A stretch of 64,000 nt of DNA from Azolla caroliniana (Eukaryota > Plantae > Polypodiophyta), in NCBI GenBank assembly GCA_043228905.1, contig JBHGNT010000013.1:4092001-4156000 (forward strand). Direction: 5' to 3'. A program made the translations under genes and the position numbers. The notes beneath the pieces were generated by a model. The model worked only from the letters and a program-made list of their open reading frames with translations. It was not told the DNA's origin and did not search any database. Positions 36,345 to 50,000 of this stretch are shown here, piece by piece (positions within the stretch are counted from its first letter, which is position 1; the number at the start of each line of letters is the position of its first letter).

Positions 36345-37763
36345 TTCTGGACTGTCGAAAGTTCAGTGGCCGAAAAGGCCAAATATGTGAACCTTGCCAT
36401 CTCAGGAAGCAACATAGGCTTTCGTTCCCCAATGAGAAGAATCGGAGGTGGAATCAGCTTGATCTCATCCATTCGGATGTGTGGGGACCGACACAAAACG
36501 TGAACATCGGTAGGTGTCGGTATTTCGTCTCTTTCATCGACGACTTCAGTTGCCACTCTTGGATCTATTTGATCGAGAAAAGGAGTGAAGTCTTCTCTTG
36601 CTTACGGGGCCTAAAAAATCATGTAGAACGAGAAACCAGAAGGATGATCAAGTCTTTGAAATCGGGTGGTGGAAAAAAGCACTCTTCCGGCCAGTTCACG
36701 AGTTATCTACAGACGAAGGGAATCCAACGAGAGTTCTCTAGTGGATACAAGTCGGAGTAGAATGCTGTGGCTAGATGATGGAATCGAACGCTAGTAGAAG
36801 CGGCAAGGGCAATGCTAGAACAGAAATGCAGAAGCAATTCAGACAATTGTCTACATACAGAATCTTATAACTGCCTCAGGGACAAAGGTGTCGCCGCACG
36901 AACTGTATTTCGAACGGAAGTCGAATTTGGCGCACCTTTGGGTATTAGGCAACATTGCTTATGTCCATGTGCTAGATGAGAAGCGGAAGAAATTGGATGT
37001 AAAATCCGAGAAGTGCATCTTGGTTGGCTACTTCGACGAACAGAAGGGGCGCAAGTGCTACAACCCACGTTCGAAACAAGTCCGAGTTAGCCGTGATGTC
37101 GTCTTCGACGAATCAACATCCTGATACTTCTCATTATCCGAACCCAGACCAATTATTGTGGATAATGCAACTGATTGCGGAACAGAAGGAAACATAGAAG
37201 AATCTAAACCGGATAGTCTAATCGGCGAGTAGTGAAGACTCAACCGTGATGTCCCCACGTAAGGAATAGACGAGATGGTTTATGCACAAAGAAAAGGGGA
37301 AGAAAAAGATGCTAGAATATGATAGCGATAGAGATGAGTCGGATCAGAATGGATCCGAATCCCGAAAGCAAGAAGACGGACCTCTGGAGAATAGGTTGGA
37401 GTCGGCCAAGACGACCATCAAATCGATAGAGCCGAAATTGCACTGATCTACCCGCCCAAAGCACCCCGTATTTCGTTACGGATATAACGAGTATATGGCG
37501 CATCATTATGCATACATGGTGAAGGTGGCAGTCGTGCGTGAGCTGGATAGCTACACAGAAGTGACTAAGGATCCAAACTGGCAGAAGGCCATGGAGGAAG
37601 AGATGCACGCGCTCACGGAGAATGAGACATGAGACTTGGTGGACGTAATGAAAGGAGTGAAGCCGATCGGTTGCCGGTGGGTATACAAAGTCAAATACAA
37701 CATAGATGGCTCCGTCAACTGGTACAAGGCGTGATTAGTGACAAAGGGCTTTGCGCAGCACGG
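36345..37763 (+). mobile_element. Element H: 5'-truncated Copia fragment (integrase to RT start) related to D/G, interrupted by F
   Basis: ICEPCHLRKQHRLSFP, IHSDVWGP, FIDDFS, KLDVKSEKCILVGY; the sequence breaks at ...KGFAQHG directly before the F LTR. Confidence 0.85.
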
Positions 37764-38890
37764 TGTCGTGAAAAAACCGTCACTACGTGTGGATCGCGAA
37801 GCGGAACCGCCGTGGTTCTAGACTGGAAGGATTCGAAGTTTGCACTAGCTTAAGCGAGAAAGTATTTAAGATAGATTGAAAGAGAGAGAGAGAGAGAGAT
37901 TGAGATAAGATAGAATGCTTGACTTTAGATTGAGAGAGATTGAAATGGAGAGAGAGAGATTAAGATTGAACCCTTGACTTTAGATTTGAGGAACAAGATA
38001 TATCATCAATTGGATAACGAATTTTCTTCTTATTAAATTCTTGGTTAATACATAAGTCCCCTTGATCTTTTTCATCCACTCTTTTATAGATGCCCCCATG
38101 CATATGATGCATGTGAGGGTACAAGGCATGCATACAATGCATGGAATGCATGTGATGCATGTTTGCCATTTGGCGCTCATGCATTACATGTGATGCATGA
38201 TAACCATGTCATTCATTCAAGCTCAAATATGAGAATTTACATGTGAAAGTATATGATAGAAAAAAGATTTCTAGAGAAATGACTTGGCTTACTGGTAAGT
38301 TTACTGCCTCATATCTTAGAGGTGTAAGGTTCAAGCCTTGCTTGCATCCCTTTGTATACAAATTTTTACTCGGTTTTTTACCCTAGATGATTATGTTTGT
38401 TTCACACCGAAATTGTCACGATCAACCTATCTGATCGATCCGTCTATCCGGTCCATCCGATCCGCATCCAACCTAGTGATCTGGTCTGTGCCAGTGCCGA
38501 TGCCGATCCCGGTTCGGTCGTCATCCCCGTCGGTCCGATCCGGTCGAGTCCTCCAAAACCAATACGAGTAGTTAAGCCACAATTTAGCCCAAGAACATTC
38601 TGCTTATATACTATGGGATCCTGATTTTTCCTATCTATGTGGGATATCTCATAGTTTTGTTTTTCTCTTCTTCTTAAACTTCACATTCACATAACTTGAC
38701 ATTTAGTTGTTCGTTTCAAATGTAGTAAAGTACATTTAGAAGCTTTGGAAGACATCCATCTTTTTGTACCCAGATATTAAACTAATCTAAAATAGTATAT
38801 TTTCTATTATTGTTTCATATCGTGTGTGAAGAACCACACTCAATTTTGTATGTTCCAATTTTCACACCATTGCCGAAAATCTTCACGCCA
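37764..38890 (-). repeat. 3' LTR of element F
   Basis: TGTCGTGAA...TTCACGCCA; reverse-complement homologue of the E LTR. Confidence 0.92.
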
Positions 38891-41800
38891 TTCACCCCCA
38901 CCAAACCGCACGTCCTCCGGTACGTGCCAAGAAGAGAGACTGTGAGATTTTAGCTACGGTGATTAATCAAATTCCTCCATGTGCTCGTTCACATAACTCA
39001 AGTTTGTAGGTTCAATCATATAATATCTTCATCGTCGAGGTGATCGAGGTCTTTTCTTGAAAATCTTCAATCTTTTTCCCGCAATGGGTATGGCCAACCT
39101 TGATCCGTCTAGCTCCGCAAGGTGGTATATGGCATTGTCGTTGACACTTGTCACCACATATGGTTCGAACAATCTTCTTGCGAACTTTCTTGCCGTCCTG
39201 TGTTGATTGCAAGGCTATTGTCGTAGACTAATACTGAATTTCCTTCTTCGATCTTCTTGAGACGCAGTGGATGTGTCTTATCGAATCGAATCTTGTTCTT
39301 CACTCGGGCTGCCTCCATCATCTTTCGTGCTTTTTCTAGATCTTCAGGCCTTCTTTCAAGCTGTGTTATTTGTGCCACCAATAATTCTTCTCGGCTCATC
39401 TCGTTCTCCCATTGTATCGCTACCCATGAGGCGATCGTCCTTTCGATGGGCATTACCAGCTTTTGTCCATACATAAACTCTGTTAGCATATACCTTGTCA
39501 CTGAACTGTGTGTTGTTCTATCGGCCCACAAGGCATAGGGCAATAGTCGTGGCCAGTTCCTGACTCGACTGTTGCATGCTCATACGATGACTTTGTCGAT
39601 TGGTCCATGGCCTCACTCGATCTTCCCATCTTCCCATTCACTTCTGGATTGTAGGCAGTCGTGAGGGAGATCTTCACGCCTAGTTGATTGAAGAGCTCCG
39701 TTGCTCTGCGTGCATCCAAATCCCCTGGATCAACAACTATCTTTCCCACACATCCGTATCGGCAGACAACCTCTTCGAGTAGAAATTTGCAAACAACTGA
39801 CGTCGTCTTATTTGCCAAGGCCCGTCCTTTCACTTGATTTGTCAGGTCTTCTCTTGCCAGTACTAAGTACTTCATTTGTCTGACTCCCATTGGCATCAAG
39901 ACCAGATCCACCATCCATTTGAAGTGTATGGTGAGCGGGTATGTCGGCCGTAACTCATCACGATGACGTACGTTTGAATGTACTTGACAAATTTTGCATG
40001 TGGACATGAAATGGAGTACATCTTTGTACATGCTTGGCCACCAGTACTTTTCCTTCAACTTTTCGAACGTCGCCCATGTTCCTCTATGACCCACGCAAGG
40101 ACTCTCATGGAATTCGGTCATCAACGTCACTTGCTCTTCTTTCTTCACCACCACTCGACGTGGCATTCCTGTCCTTATTTTTGGGAGTCTGCAAAGGAAT
40201 CCTCCCTTCAGGAAGTATTGGTAAGATTTTTTCCGGAGTCGTAGAGCCTCCTCTTTCATCAACGAAGCTACTAAGCATCTGCTGTCATTGTTCTTAAGAA
40301 TCTGCCGATCAGTAACCACTCTCCTTCGTACTCGTCCTCGTTGAAGGCGTGGAGGGTTAGCATGTCCTTGTCTTCTGCCGATAGTCAGGCCATCTTGAAG
40401 AAGTCGAGGGTGACGTCTTCATTTTCCGAAAGCATGTCACTTTCATTCTCAAATCTTGCCCTCGACAATATGTCAGCCATGGCGTTCTTCTTTCCTGCAA
40501 TGTGATGGATCTCTGGGTTTAAAGACTTGATATAGGCGATCTACCTTAGCATAGCTAGATCTGGTGTTGCACATCCTGAGATCAGCTTGAGGATTGGGAG
40601 ACAATCTGTTTCAATTATCACTTCCGACCTAATTAGGTAGTCTTTGTCCATCTTTACTGCAGACACAATACCCCAAAGTTCCCACTTGACTTAGGCGTAT
40701 CTTTGTTGTCATTCACTGAGAACCTTTGCTCCGAACCGGATGACATATCGCGCATTATCTTCTCCTTCCTGGTTGATGACCCACCCGATTCCGGTTGGGC
40801 TCGTATCTACAATCACATAAATCGTCTTTCCTTCGGTATAGTCGGCCTTCCTTAGTGCTAGAGCTTCAAGAAGTAGTTTCTTCAATCTTCGCATTGTGTT
40901 TGTATGCTCGTCTCGCCATTCGAACTTCATTCTTTTCTTTAGCAATCCATATAATGGCTCGGCTACATGAGCGTAGTGCGGAATCCATATATGATAAAAC
41001 GCGCATGCTCCAAGGAACCTTCGAACCTCCGTTTGGTTTACGCATTCTTCTTTCATGTCCTGGATCACATTCACCTTGGATGGCGAAGGCTTCCGGCCGT
41101 ATGATCCACAAAAGTGACCTACCACCAAGATCATTGGTTGCCCGAATGCGAATTTTTCTCCTGAAAATGCCAATTTTGCATCTTCGAGCCTTTGGAGCAC
41201 CTTCTCGCCATCTTACATATGATCTACAACGAATTTTCTACACCCTTCCTTATTTTTCAATTCATCTTTCTCCTCATCCGAACATCCTTTTATCGGAATA
41301 TCATCCAAGAATGGCATCGTGATGTTCGGGATGCAATCCTTCAAAACCTTGTTCATGGCATTCACCATATGAGCCACCGAGTTCGTTGCACCTTGCGGTA
41401 AGGTACACATCCGCACAAGCCCGATCGGAGTCCTCATGGTTGTAATGTCACGACTGTCGATTGCCAATTGGAATTGGTCGTATCCAGAGTAGAGATCGCC
41501 AATGGAATAGATGGACCGGCTCGCCCGCAAACGCTTTGGCCAATTTGTCCACGCTTGGACCAATTCCAGTATTCCGAATTGTCACCTTGTTGACGGGCTG
41601 AAGATCTTGGATGAATCACAATGATTCATTCTTCTTCGGCACCGTGAACCACCTATTAGAATAAGGAGCATTCGACGGTTCCAAAATTCCCATATTCACC
41701 TTTTCCTTTAAGAGCTCGATCAGCTTCGGTAAGTGTGCTCTCGGAACTGGTATCGATTTCAAATTCCAAGGCACATGCGGCACCATGACAATTACCATCG

Positions 41801-42863
41801 ACTCTATTGTCCTTGGATCAGCACATCCAATTTCTTGTGTGAAAAATGCGAAAGCCTTCCCATGTCGCAAAACATTCGAACGCTCCTCTTCAGGGAGGAG
41901 GAAATCCTCCCTTCCAACTCGTAGCTTCCTTTTCATCTCTTCGGTGAAGACATGACCTATTGCCTTCGGATCCCTTAAGCTTGGACCATTAGTGACTTGC
42001 TTCATCTTTTGCTAGCTAACTTCCAGTAGCGGAACCACAACTGGCTTGATCTTCCTATCGGCCGTTTTATATTTTGTGTTGACTTCAGCTTCCTCCATCA
42101 AGATGCATTGATGGTATTCATTGATGATAGCGTACATGTTGACAGAGTTAACCGAAATCACGTGTTGATCGTGAAGATAGCTCAAGTCCATGACTTCCTC
42201 GATTTCGCCGATGGTGTCGTTAAATGAGGCTTCTTCCATAATATGAGTCACGAATTCTTCTTCTTCTATTATGTTTTCTTCTTTCAGCATCTTCTCGAAG
42301 TCTTGTATCTGACACTTATCCTTTTTGTTGGGTAGTACTAGGTTACATGCACCACTAGGTGTGACACATGTTGCTTCTCCTTGCAATCCACGCGCTCTAC
42401 TTTCTTGTGGGGACTTGTGATTGCTCGGACTATTTGTGCCCCATGCTTCAATAGTCTGCTCCAAAAATCCGAGGAGTTGCCTCCAAGATTATCTCAATTT
42501 CTTTCATGATTATCTTGCACCATTAGGAATTGAACAGATCTTTGGTTGTCAAGACTCTTGATCCGCATGAATGCTGCTCCATTATCGAACACCTTAGTCT
42601 CCGTTCAGGATGATGTGATGTACGGTTGCCCAAGGATGACAGGATGCGAAGCCGATTCTTGCACGAAGAAGTGTTGATCCATCTCCACATCCCCAATCAT
42701 GACTTTAACATTTGAAGAAGCTCCGTACAAGTCCTCTGTGGTCTTTGTTGCCGCTCGAATCTTCCATCCGTGGTTTGTGTATCTTCCTTTTTTGTAGAAA
42801 TCGGTTGACATGAGATTGATCTCTGAGCCATGGTCTATCAAGGCTACCACGGTCTCTTTCTTC
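37764..42863 (-). mobile_element. Element F: Gypsy of the E family (3' LTR, integrase, RH, RT, protease), interrupted by I
   Basis: Pol fragments at 39151-42464, ALIDHGSEINLM in 42605-42850, PPT at 38891-38903. Confidence 0.93.
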
Positions 42864-43604
42864 TGTTAGGAAACAGGTCCCTCCGGATGGGAAGTGAGAA
42901 GAACCGGATGTGGAGTACCCGGCATGGGAGACCCGGTGAGAACTGGATGTTGCAGGCTCGGTGAGAACCTCTCACTGGATGAAGGGACATATATGTAAAT
43001 ATGTTCTAGAGAGCCCACTGAGGCTATATTTTGTAAATAGCCGAAAGTCATATTAGTATAAATATGACCTAGGGCAAACTCTCTGTGTGTGCGTAATTTT
43101 TCGTGTAATGACTGTACAGAGAGAGAGAGACAGAGAGAGCGATACAGAGTATGTCTCTGTTGTAACCGCCGCTGTCATGAACAGTACTGAGACAGAGAAG
43201 GAATTAGTACTAAACGAAGGATTAGTACTATGAGAGGTGTGGAACTTCTTCGAGAGAAGGAAGAAGTGAGCGAGACAGAGAGAAAGAGAGAGAGAGAGAG
43301 AGAGAGTGATGATAAGAAAGATATTTATTATATGAAGAGAATATACAACGGTGGCTAAAAGGCTTAAGACTGGCGTTGAACCAATTTGGTTCAACATAAT
43401 GCCTAGTGCCCTCTTTTATAGTGTTTTCAGGAGTAATCCTGAAGCTTCTAGAATGTTCCAGAGAAATCTGGAATATACACTAATTTCCTATAATAAAATG
43501 TAAATGAAAATAATATCCTACGTATTACAATAGATGGTCTAATGGTCAAGAGCTCGACCCATATAACCTAAGGTCATGAGTTCGAGTCTTGCCATATCAT
43601 GACA
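42864..43604 (-). repeat. 3' LTR of element I (741 bp)
   Basis: Minus-strand PPT AAAGGGGGGATAG then TGTCATGA...CCTAACA; F protease sequence resumes at 42863. Confidence 0.88.
43528..43598 (+). promoter_or_regulatory. tRNA-like A/B box module in the LTR of I, antisense to the element
   Basis: TGGTCTAATGG at 43535-43545 and GAGTTCGAGTC at 43578-43588. Confidence 0.55.
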
Positions 43605-46164
43605 CTATCCCCCCTTTAAAACGACGAGTGTCACGAGTCGTCTTGGATTGAGGACCCGGTTTGTGTGGATATTGACGATGGAAGTCTTCAAGAAGAGCAC
43701 GAGCATTGGTTACATTCTCGATCGGTTCCCAAGTACGTTCGCTGGGACTATAGCCTAGCCAATCGACTAGATAATAGAGCTTGTTGCGAACAATCTTGGA
43801 ATCAAGGATGGCGGCAACCTCGTACTCTGGCCCATCTTCAAGCTTGATCGGGGGTGGAGGTTGGATAAGACGTTCTGGGATGGTGCTCTCGTGGTAGGGT
43901 TCGAAGAGAGAACTATGAAACACCGGATGTATCCGAAGTTGAGGAGGTAGATCGAGACGAAAAGCAACATCATTAATCTTTTCAATAATACGGAAAGGAC
44001 CTAATCGCCGATAATCCAACTTCTCACATGGGCGAGTAGTCTTGATGTGTCGTCGTAGCAGCCACACCCGATCTCCAATATTAAAACTAGATGGAAGTCG
44101 ATGACGATCTGCGTAGACCTTGTGTGTTTGTTGAGCTTGCTGGAGATGAGTAGATAAATTTGCTTGTATCTTGCGTAACCGCTCCAAACGATCCTCCGCG
44201 CACGGATTTGTGGACACCTCTGGGGTTTCAAGTACACTCCATCGGGGGTGACATCCCGTATAAGCATAAAATGGCATAACTTTAGTGGATGCGTGGATAG
44301 AGTTGTTATAGGCAAATTCGACGAAGTGGAGAATATCTGCCTAGTCGTCCTGATGATAGCTGAGAAAACACCGCAGATACTGCTCCAACGTTTGATTTGT
44401 TCGTTCAGCTTGGCCGTCAGTTTGTGGGTGGTAGCCGGAAGAGAGGTTACAAGTGACCTTGAGCATGTTAAAAAGGTGCTTCCAGAATTTTGACACGAAC
44501 TGGGGTCCACGGTCGCTGATGATACTATCGGGGAGTCCATGATGCCGACATACTTCACGCATGACAATTTCGGCAGTGTCTTCACTGGAGATCTCCTTAG
44601 TACATGGCAAGAAATGAGCCATCTTCGTATATCGATCGACCACCGTTAGAATCGCATTGAACCCCTTAGAGACTGGAAGATCTGTGATGAAGTCTAGAGC
44701 AATGGATTGCCACGACTTGCTTGGAATTGGTAATGGTTCTAATAAACCATATGGATGATGCCTTGGCATTTTCGCTCTGCAACATGTATCACAAGTCCGA
44801 ACAAAATCCTCGACAAATTGTCGCATACAGGGCCACTAGAATGATCGTTGTACTAAATGTAATGTTTTAGTACTACCAAAATGCCCAGCTGTATATGTGT
44901 CATGACAGTTTTGTACTACTCGAAGGCGGCAAGAACCATTAGGAACATACAAAAGTTCTTTAAAGAAGAGTAATCCATCATGGTATTTGAATTGCCGATA
45001 GTCCGTACCTGGTGGTTGCGACTATGAACACGACGCTCGAGAGGGATCAATTTGTGCTAGTATAACTTGGGTGAACGCATCTGTCTTCAAGTTTTCACGT
45101 ATGGTATCGATAACGCGGGAATCCATAGGCATGTCAAAGATTTGTGTTGCTTGTAGTCGTGCCGGTCCCAAGATGACTTGTTTTTGGTTATCGAAAGCTG
45201 GCTCGCCGGGACGGGGTGCTAGATACGAACGTCGTGATAATGCATCTGCCTTCCCTTGGTGCCTCCCCGGACGATATGTAATTTTGAAGTCGAAACGCGT
45301 GAGGAAGTGGGCCCACCGAGCTTGACGTCGATTCAACACACGAGCATCCTGAAAGTAGGCAAGATTCTTGTGGTCACTAAATACGGTGACTGGATGAGAG
45401 GATCCCTCCAGAAAATGCCTCCATTGCATAAAAGAATCCACTATTTCCAATAGCTCCTTATCATGGATTTCGTAGTTGATTCCGGCGGCATCAAACTTGC
45501 GTGAGTGAAAAGCCACAGGATGTAGCTTTTCATCATTCCCCTGTTGTGACAGAATGCTCCCCAATGCAAAATCCGATGCGTCAGCTTCGATAATGAATGG
45601 TTTCTTCGGATCGACATGAGCTAGAATTGGAGCCGATGTAAATGCTTTTTTAAGACTCTCAAAAGCCATGTCCGTTTCTTCAGACTAGATGAATGGTTGT
45701 CCCTTCCTGGTAATTTGTGTGAGAGGTAGAACGATCTTTGAGTAATCTTGTATGAACTTCCGGTAAAAATTGGCAAAGCCTAAGAAGCATTGCACATCCC
45801 GTATCGAACGCGGAGTCTACCATTCTACCACCGTTTTGACCTTAGCTGGGTCCATGGAGATGCCTTCTGACGAAATGATGTAGCCGAGAAATTCCACTTG
45901 GTTGCACCCGAAACTACATTTTTCTAGCTTTGCATACAGACCATGTTCTCGAAGTCGTTTTAGTACTAATAGTACATGAGAATCATGTTCTTCTTGGGTC
46001 TTTGAATAAACCAGTAGATCATCCAAATAGATGATCAAACAATCATCCAATAGATCTCGGAATATATCGTTAGCCATGTGCTGGAAGACTGCCGGCGCAT
46101 TAGTGAGGCCGAACGGCATGACAGTTGTTGTCTGCCTGGCCGGACTAGCCTCAACACAGGTGTC

Positions 46165-46402
46165 TATCCGACACTTCTCCAAAGGGGTGGTAAGGATTGG
46201 ATGCTAGGTTACACGCGTAAGATGATTACAATTAAGCACAGACGGTAAAACAATACAGAGATACAGATAAACACACAATAATTCTATTTGTATTACTTTC
46301 GTCAAAACCTTTACAAATCATCGGATCCTTTTATCGGCATCCGGCAAGGTTACAATCGGTGCGCTTAGGCAACCGACATCCGAATCGGTCCGGATCCGGA
46401 TC
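46165..46402. repeat. 238-bp direct duplication, left copy, flanking element M
   Basis: Identical by eye to 51736-51973. Confidence 0.95.
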
Positions 46403-47006
46403 AACTCTTCGATTAACCTTCTTCCCTCGGCCACAACCGAGTAAGCGCGAATCGATGCAGCAGAAAATAGGAACCACAAAGAGAAACAAAAAAACCGCGA
46501 ACACAGGGATTAACGTGGAAAACCCTAGATGGGAAAAACCACGGGAGTACGAGACTCCAAACCAACACTATACAGAGAAGTATACAATGGCGAGCTGCAA
46601 GGCGACGACCTTGAGCTCGCTGTCCTCGCCACAGGCGGCGGAAATACACAGAGGCGTCGACCTCTTCCTCTCTCACGCTCTATCTCTCTCTCTCTCTCTC
46701 GGCTGCTCTCTCTTCACTCCTCTAGAGTGGAAAAACAGAAAAATGATAAGCGACAGTAAAACTGTTTGCCCTAAGTCATATTTATACATATATGACTTTG
46801 GGGCTATTTACAACTATAGCCTCAGGGGGCCCTTAGCAAACATATTCACGGATATGTCCCTGCATCCGGATCGCTCTCCGGGTACATTCGTCATCCGGCA
46901 CCGAAGCCGGGGTCTTCAACATCCGGATCCGAAACTGAAACCGGGCTCGTCGGCATTCATCTCTGACATCCGACCATCCCATCCGAAAGGGACCGTAAAC
47001 CCAACA
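46400..47006 (-). repeat. 3' LTR of element M, lacking its terminal 8 nt
   Basis: Aligns to 51129-51735. Confidence 0.95.
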
Positions 47007-47016
47007 AACTCCCCCT

Positions 47017-50000
47017 TCACTTCGGCATGGGATGTCTCTCCAATCCGATCCTCTTCCGGCATGCTTCCAGCTTGTCGGGTGTGAGCACCTTGGTCAGCAT
47101 ATCCGACCCGTTCTCGTCCGTGTGGATCTTCGTCAGCACGAACTCCTTGTCTTCTATCCTTTCCCGGATCCAGTGATATCTACGCTGGATGTGTTTCGTC
47201 CGGGAATGGTAGGCCGCGTTCCTTGCAAGGTGGATGGCGCTCTGACTATCGCAGTAGAGTCGGTACTCCTCCTGCCGGATCCCGAGCTCTCTAATGAAGT
47301 CCTTCATCCATATTATTTCCTTGCCGGCTTCAACAGCTGCCATGTACTCCGCCTCCGTGGTTGACAACGCAACCGTCTTCTGCAGCCTCGACTGCCATGA
47401 AACAGCTCCCCCTGCATACGTCATCACATACCCTGATGTGGACCGGCTGGTATCTGCATCAGCCGACATATCCGAATCGGTGAAGCCGTCGAGTTCGGAC
47501 TTACCGGAGCCGAATCGGAGGCACACGTTTGCCGTGCCCTTCAGGTATCGGAGTATCCACTTGGCCGCGTTCCAATGCTCTTTGCCGGGATTGCTCATGT
47601 ACCGGCTCACCACTCCGACTGCATATCCGATGTCCGGTCTCGTACACACCATGGCGTACATCAAGCTTCCGACGGCTGAGGCATACGGTACTTTCATCAT
47701 ATCCTCCTTTTCAGCCTTTGTCTTGGGACTTTGCTTGCTGGACAGCTTGCAGTTTGCCGGGAGGGTCGATCCGACCGGTCTTGCTTCCGACATGTTGAAC
47801 CGGTGAAGCACCTTCGTCACGTACTTCTCCTGTGACAGCCACAACAGCTTCTTCTTCCGGTCCCGGATGATGTGCATCCCTAGTATTTGTCTCGCCGAAC
47901 CCAGGTCCTTCATTGAGAAGGTTCGGTGAAGAGCCTTCTTCAGCATCCGTATCTTGACCTGGTCCCGTCGGACGATCAACATGTCGTCCACGTACAGGAG
48001 GAGTATTAGGAAGTCTCCTCCTTCGAACTTCTTCACAAACACGCAGTGGTCGGACTGCGTTTTGAGGTACCCTTCGTCGGTCATGAAGGAGTCGAACTTC
48101 CGGTACCATTGCCGGGGAGCCTGCTTCAGTCCGTAAAGGCTCTTCTTCAACCGGCATACCAAGTGCTCCTTCCCTTTCTTCTCGAATCCTTCCGGTTGCT
48201 GCATGTAGATCTCTTCATCGAGGTCACCGTGAAGGAATGCCGTCTTCACGTCCATCTGTTCTACCTCGAGGTCCATGCTTGCCGCTATGCTCAGCACCGT
48301 CCGGATGGAGGTCATCTTCACTACCGGGGCAAATATCTCGTCGAAGTCGACGCCCTTCTTCTGCTGAAACCCCTTTACCACGATCCTGGCTTTGTATCTC
48401 GGGGGGTTTCCGGCATCTCCCGGTTTCAGCTTGAACACCCACTTGTTTCGAAGTGCCCGCTTTCCTTTCGGCAACTCCACAAGTTCATATGTGTGGTTCT
48501 CATGCAGGGAATCCATCTCGTCCTGCATGGCACTCAACCACTTGCGGCTCTGGGTGTCATGTTTTGCTTCTTCAAAGCTCTCCGGCTCCCCCTCGTCAGT
48601 TAGCAGCACGTGCTCTGGTTCCGGAAATCTCCGGGGGGCCCTTCTCTCTCTTAGAGGATATCTCCGTTCCGGAGCTTCGGTAACCGGTTCTTCCGATTCT
48701 TCTTCATCCGAATCCATTTCGGGATCGGGGCCGGTTCCGGTATCATTTTCATCTTCTTCGGCCGGTTCTGTTTCTTCACCGTCTTCGGCCGGATCCTCGA
48801 GTGCTAACCGGTCCCTTGCCGGTCGGGACTGCTCCTCGTAGAGTTGATCCTCACCGGTCGACTTGGAGTTCTTCATCTTCTTCTCCGACTCCCAGTCGGC
48901 GAGTGTCTTGTCCTCCATGAAGATGATGTCTCGACTCCTGAATATCTTCTTGTCGACCGGGTCCCATACTCGGTAGCCGAACTCGTCGTCGCCGTAACCG
49001 AGGAATATGCATGGCCGGGTCTTTGGATCTAGCTTTCCTCTCCGGTCCTTTGCCACATGCACGTATGCGAGACACCCGAACACCTTCAGATGCCGGTAGG
49101 ACACTTCTTTACCGGTCCACACTTTCTGCGGCGTGTCTCCGTCCAAAGGTGCTGAGGGTGATCTGTTTATCACGTATGTCGCCGTCGACATTGCCTCAGC
49201 CCAAAACCCCTTGGGTAATTTCGCATGCGCCAGCATACTCCGAACCCTCTCCATTATGGTCCGGTTCATCCTCTCGGCCAGCCCGTTCAGTTCCGGCGTC
49301 TTCGGCACAGTAAACTCGAGTCGGATTCCCTTCGAGCGACAGTACTCCTGGAACTGCCCCCGGTATTCCCCTCCGTTATCCGCTCGTATCGCTTTCAGCT
49401 TCTTGCCGGATTCTCTTTCCACTCTCGCGTGGAGTTCTTTGAAGATGGACAACACTTGGTCCTTTGTCTTCATCGGTGCCGTCCACAGTCTTCGGCTATG
49501 ATCATCTATGAATGTTACGAAGTACTGGGCTCCGCCATGTGACTTCGTTTCTACCTGACACACATCAGTGTGCACCAACTCCAGTGGTGCGCTACGTCTC
49601 GTCGGTGGCCTTGAATGGAAGGAGGTTCGGTTCTGCTTACCGGCCAGGCAATCGGTGCACTTCTCCAGGTGCACGTGCTTCACTGGAATAAGGTTGTCTT
49701 CTGCAAGCCTCTTCATCCCCTTCTCACTCATGTGACACAGTCTTTTGTGCCACAGCTCACCGGCAGTGTCGGCTGCCACATTCAGCTCTTCCGGACATAA
49801 CCGGGCATTCATCAGGTACAGTGTGTTGTCTTTCCGGGCCCGAGCCACTATCAGGCTCCCTTTGCTGAACTTCATTACGCCGTTCCGGATGCTACCTGTG
49901 TAGCCTTCATCGTCTAGCCTCCCGGCCGAAATCAGGTTCAATCGAACCTCCGGAACGTGTCGGACATCCTTCAGCAGCATTTTGCATCCGGTCGGGGTTG

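Larger units (their letters stand above)
42864..46125 (-). mobile_element. Element I: chromovirus (Tcn1-like Ty3/Gypsy), 3' half, interrupted by L
   Basis: VMPFGLTNAPAVFQ...IYLDD, IEADASDFA, YHPQTDGQAER, chromodomain EYEVAAILDS...YLVDWLGY...TWEP; several premature TAG codons. Confidence 0.92.
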
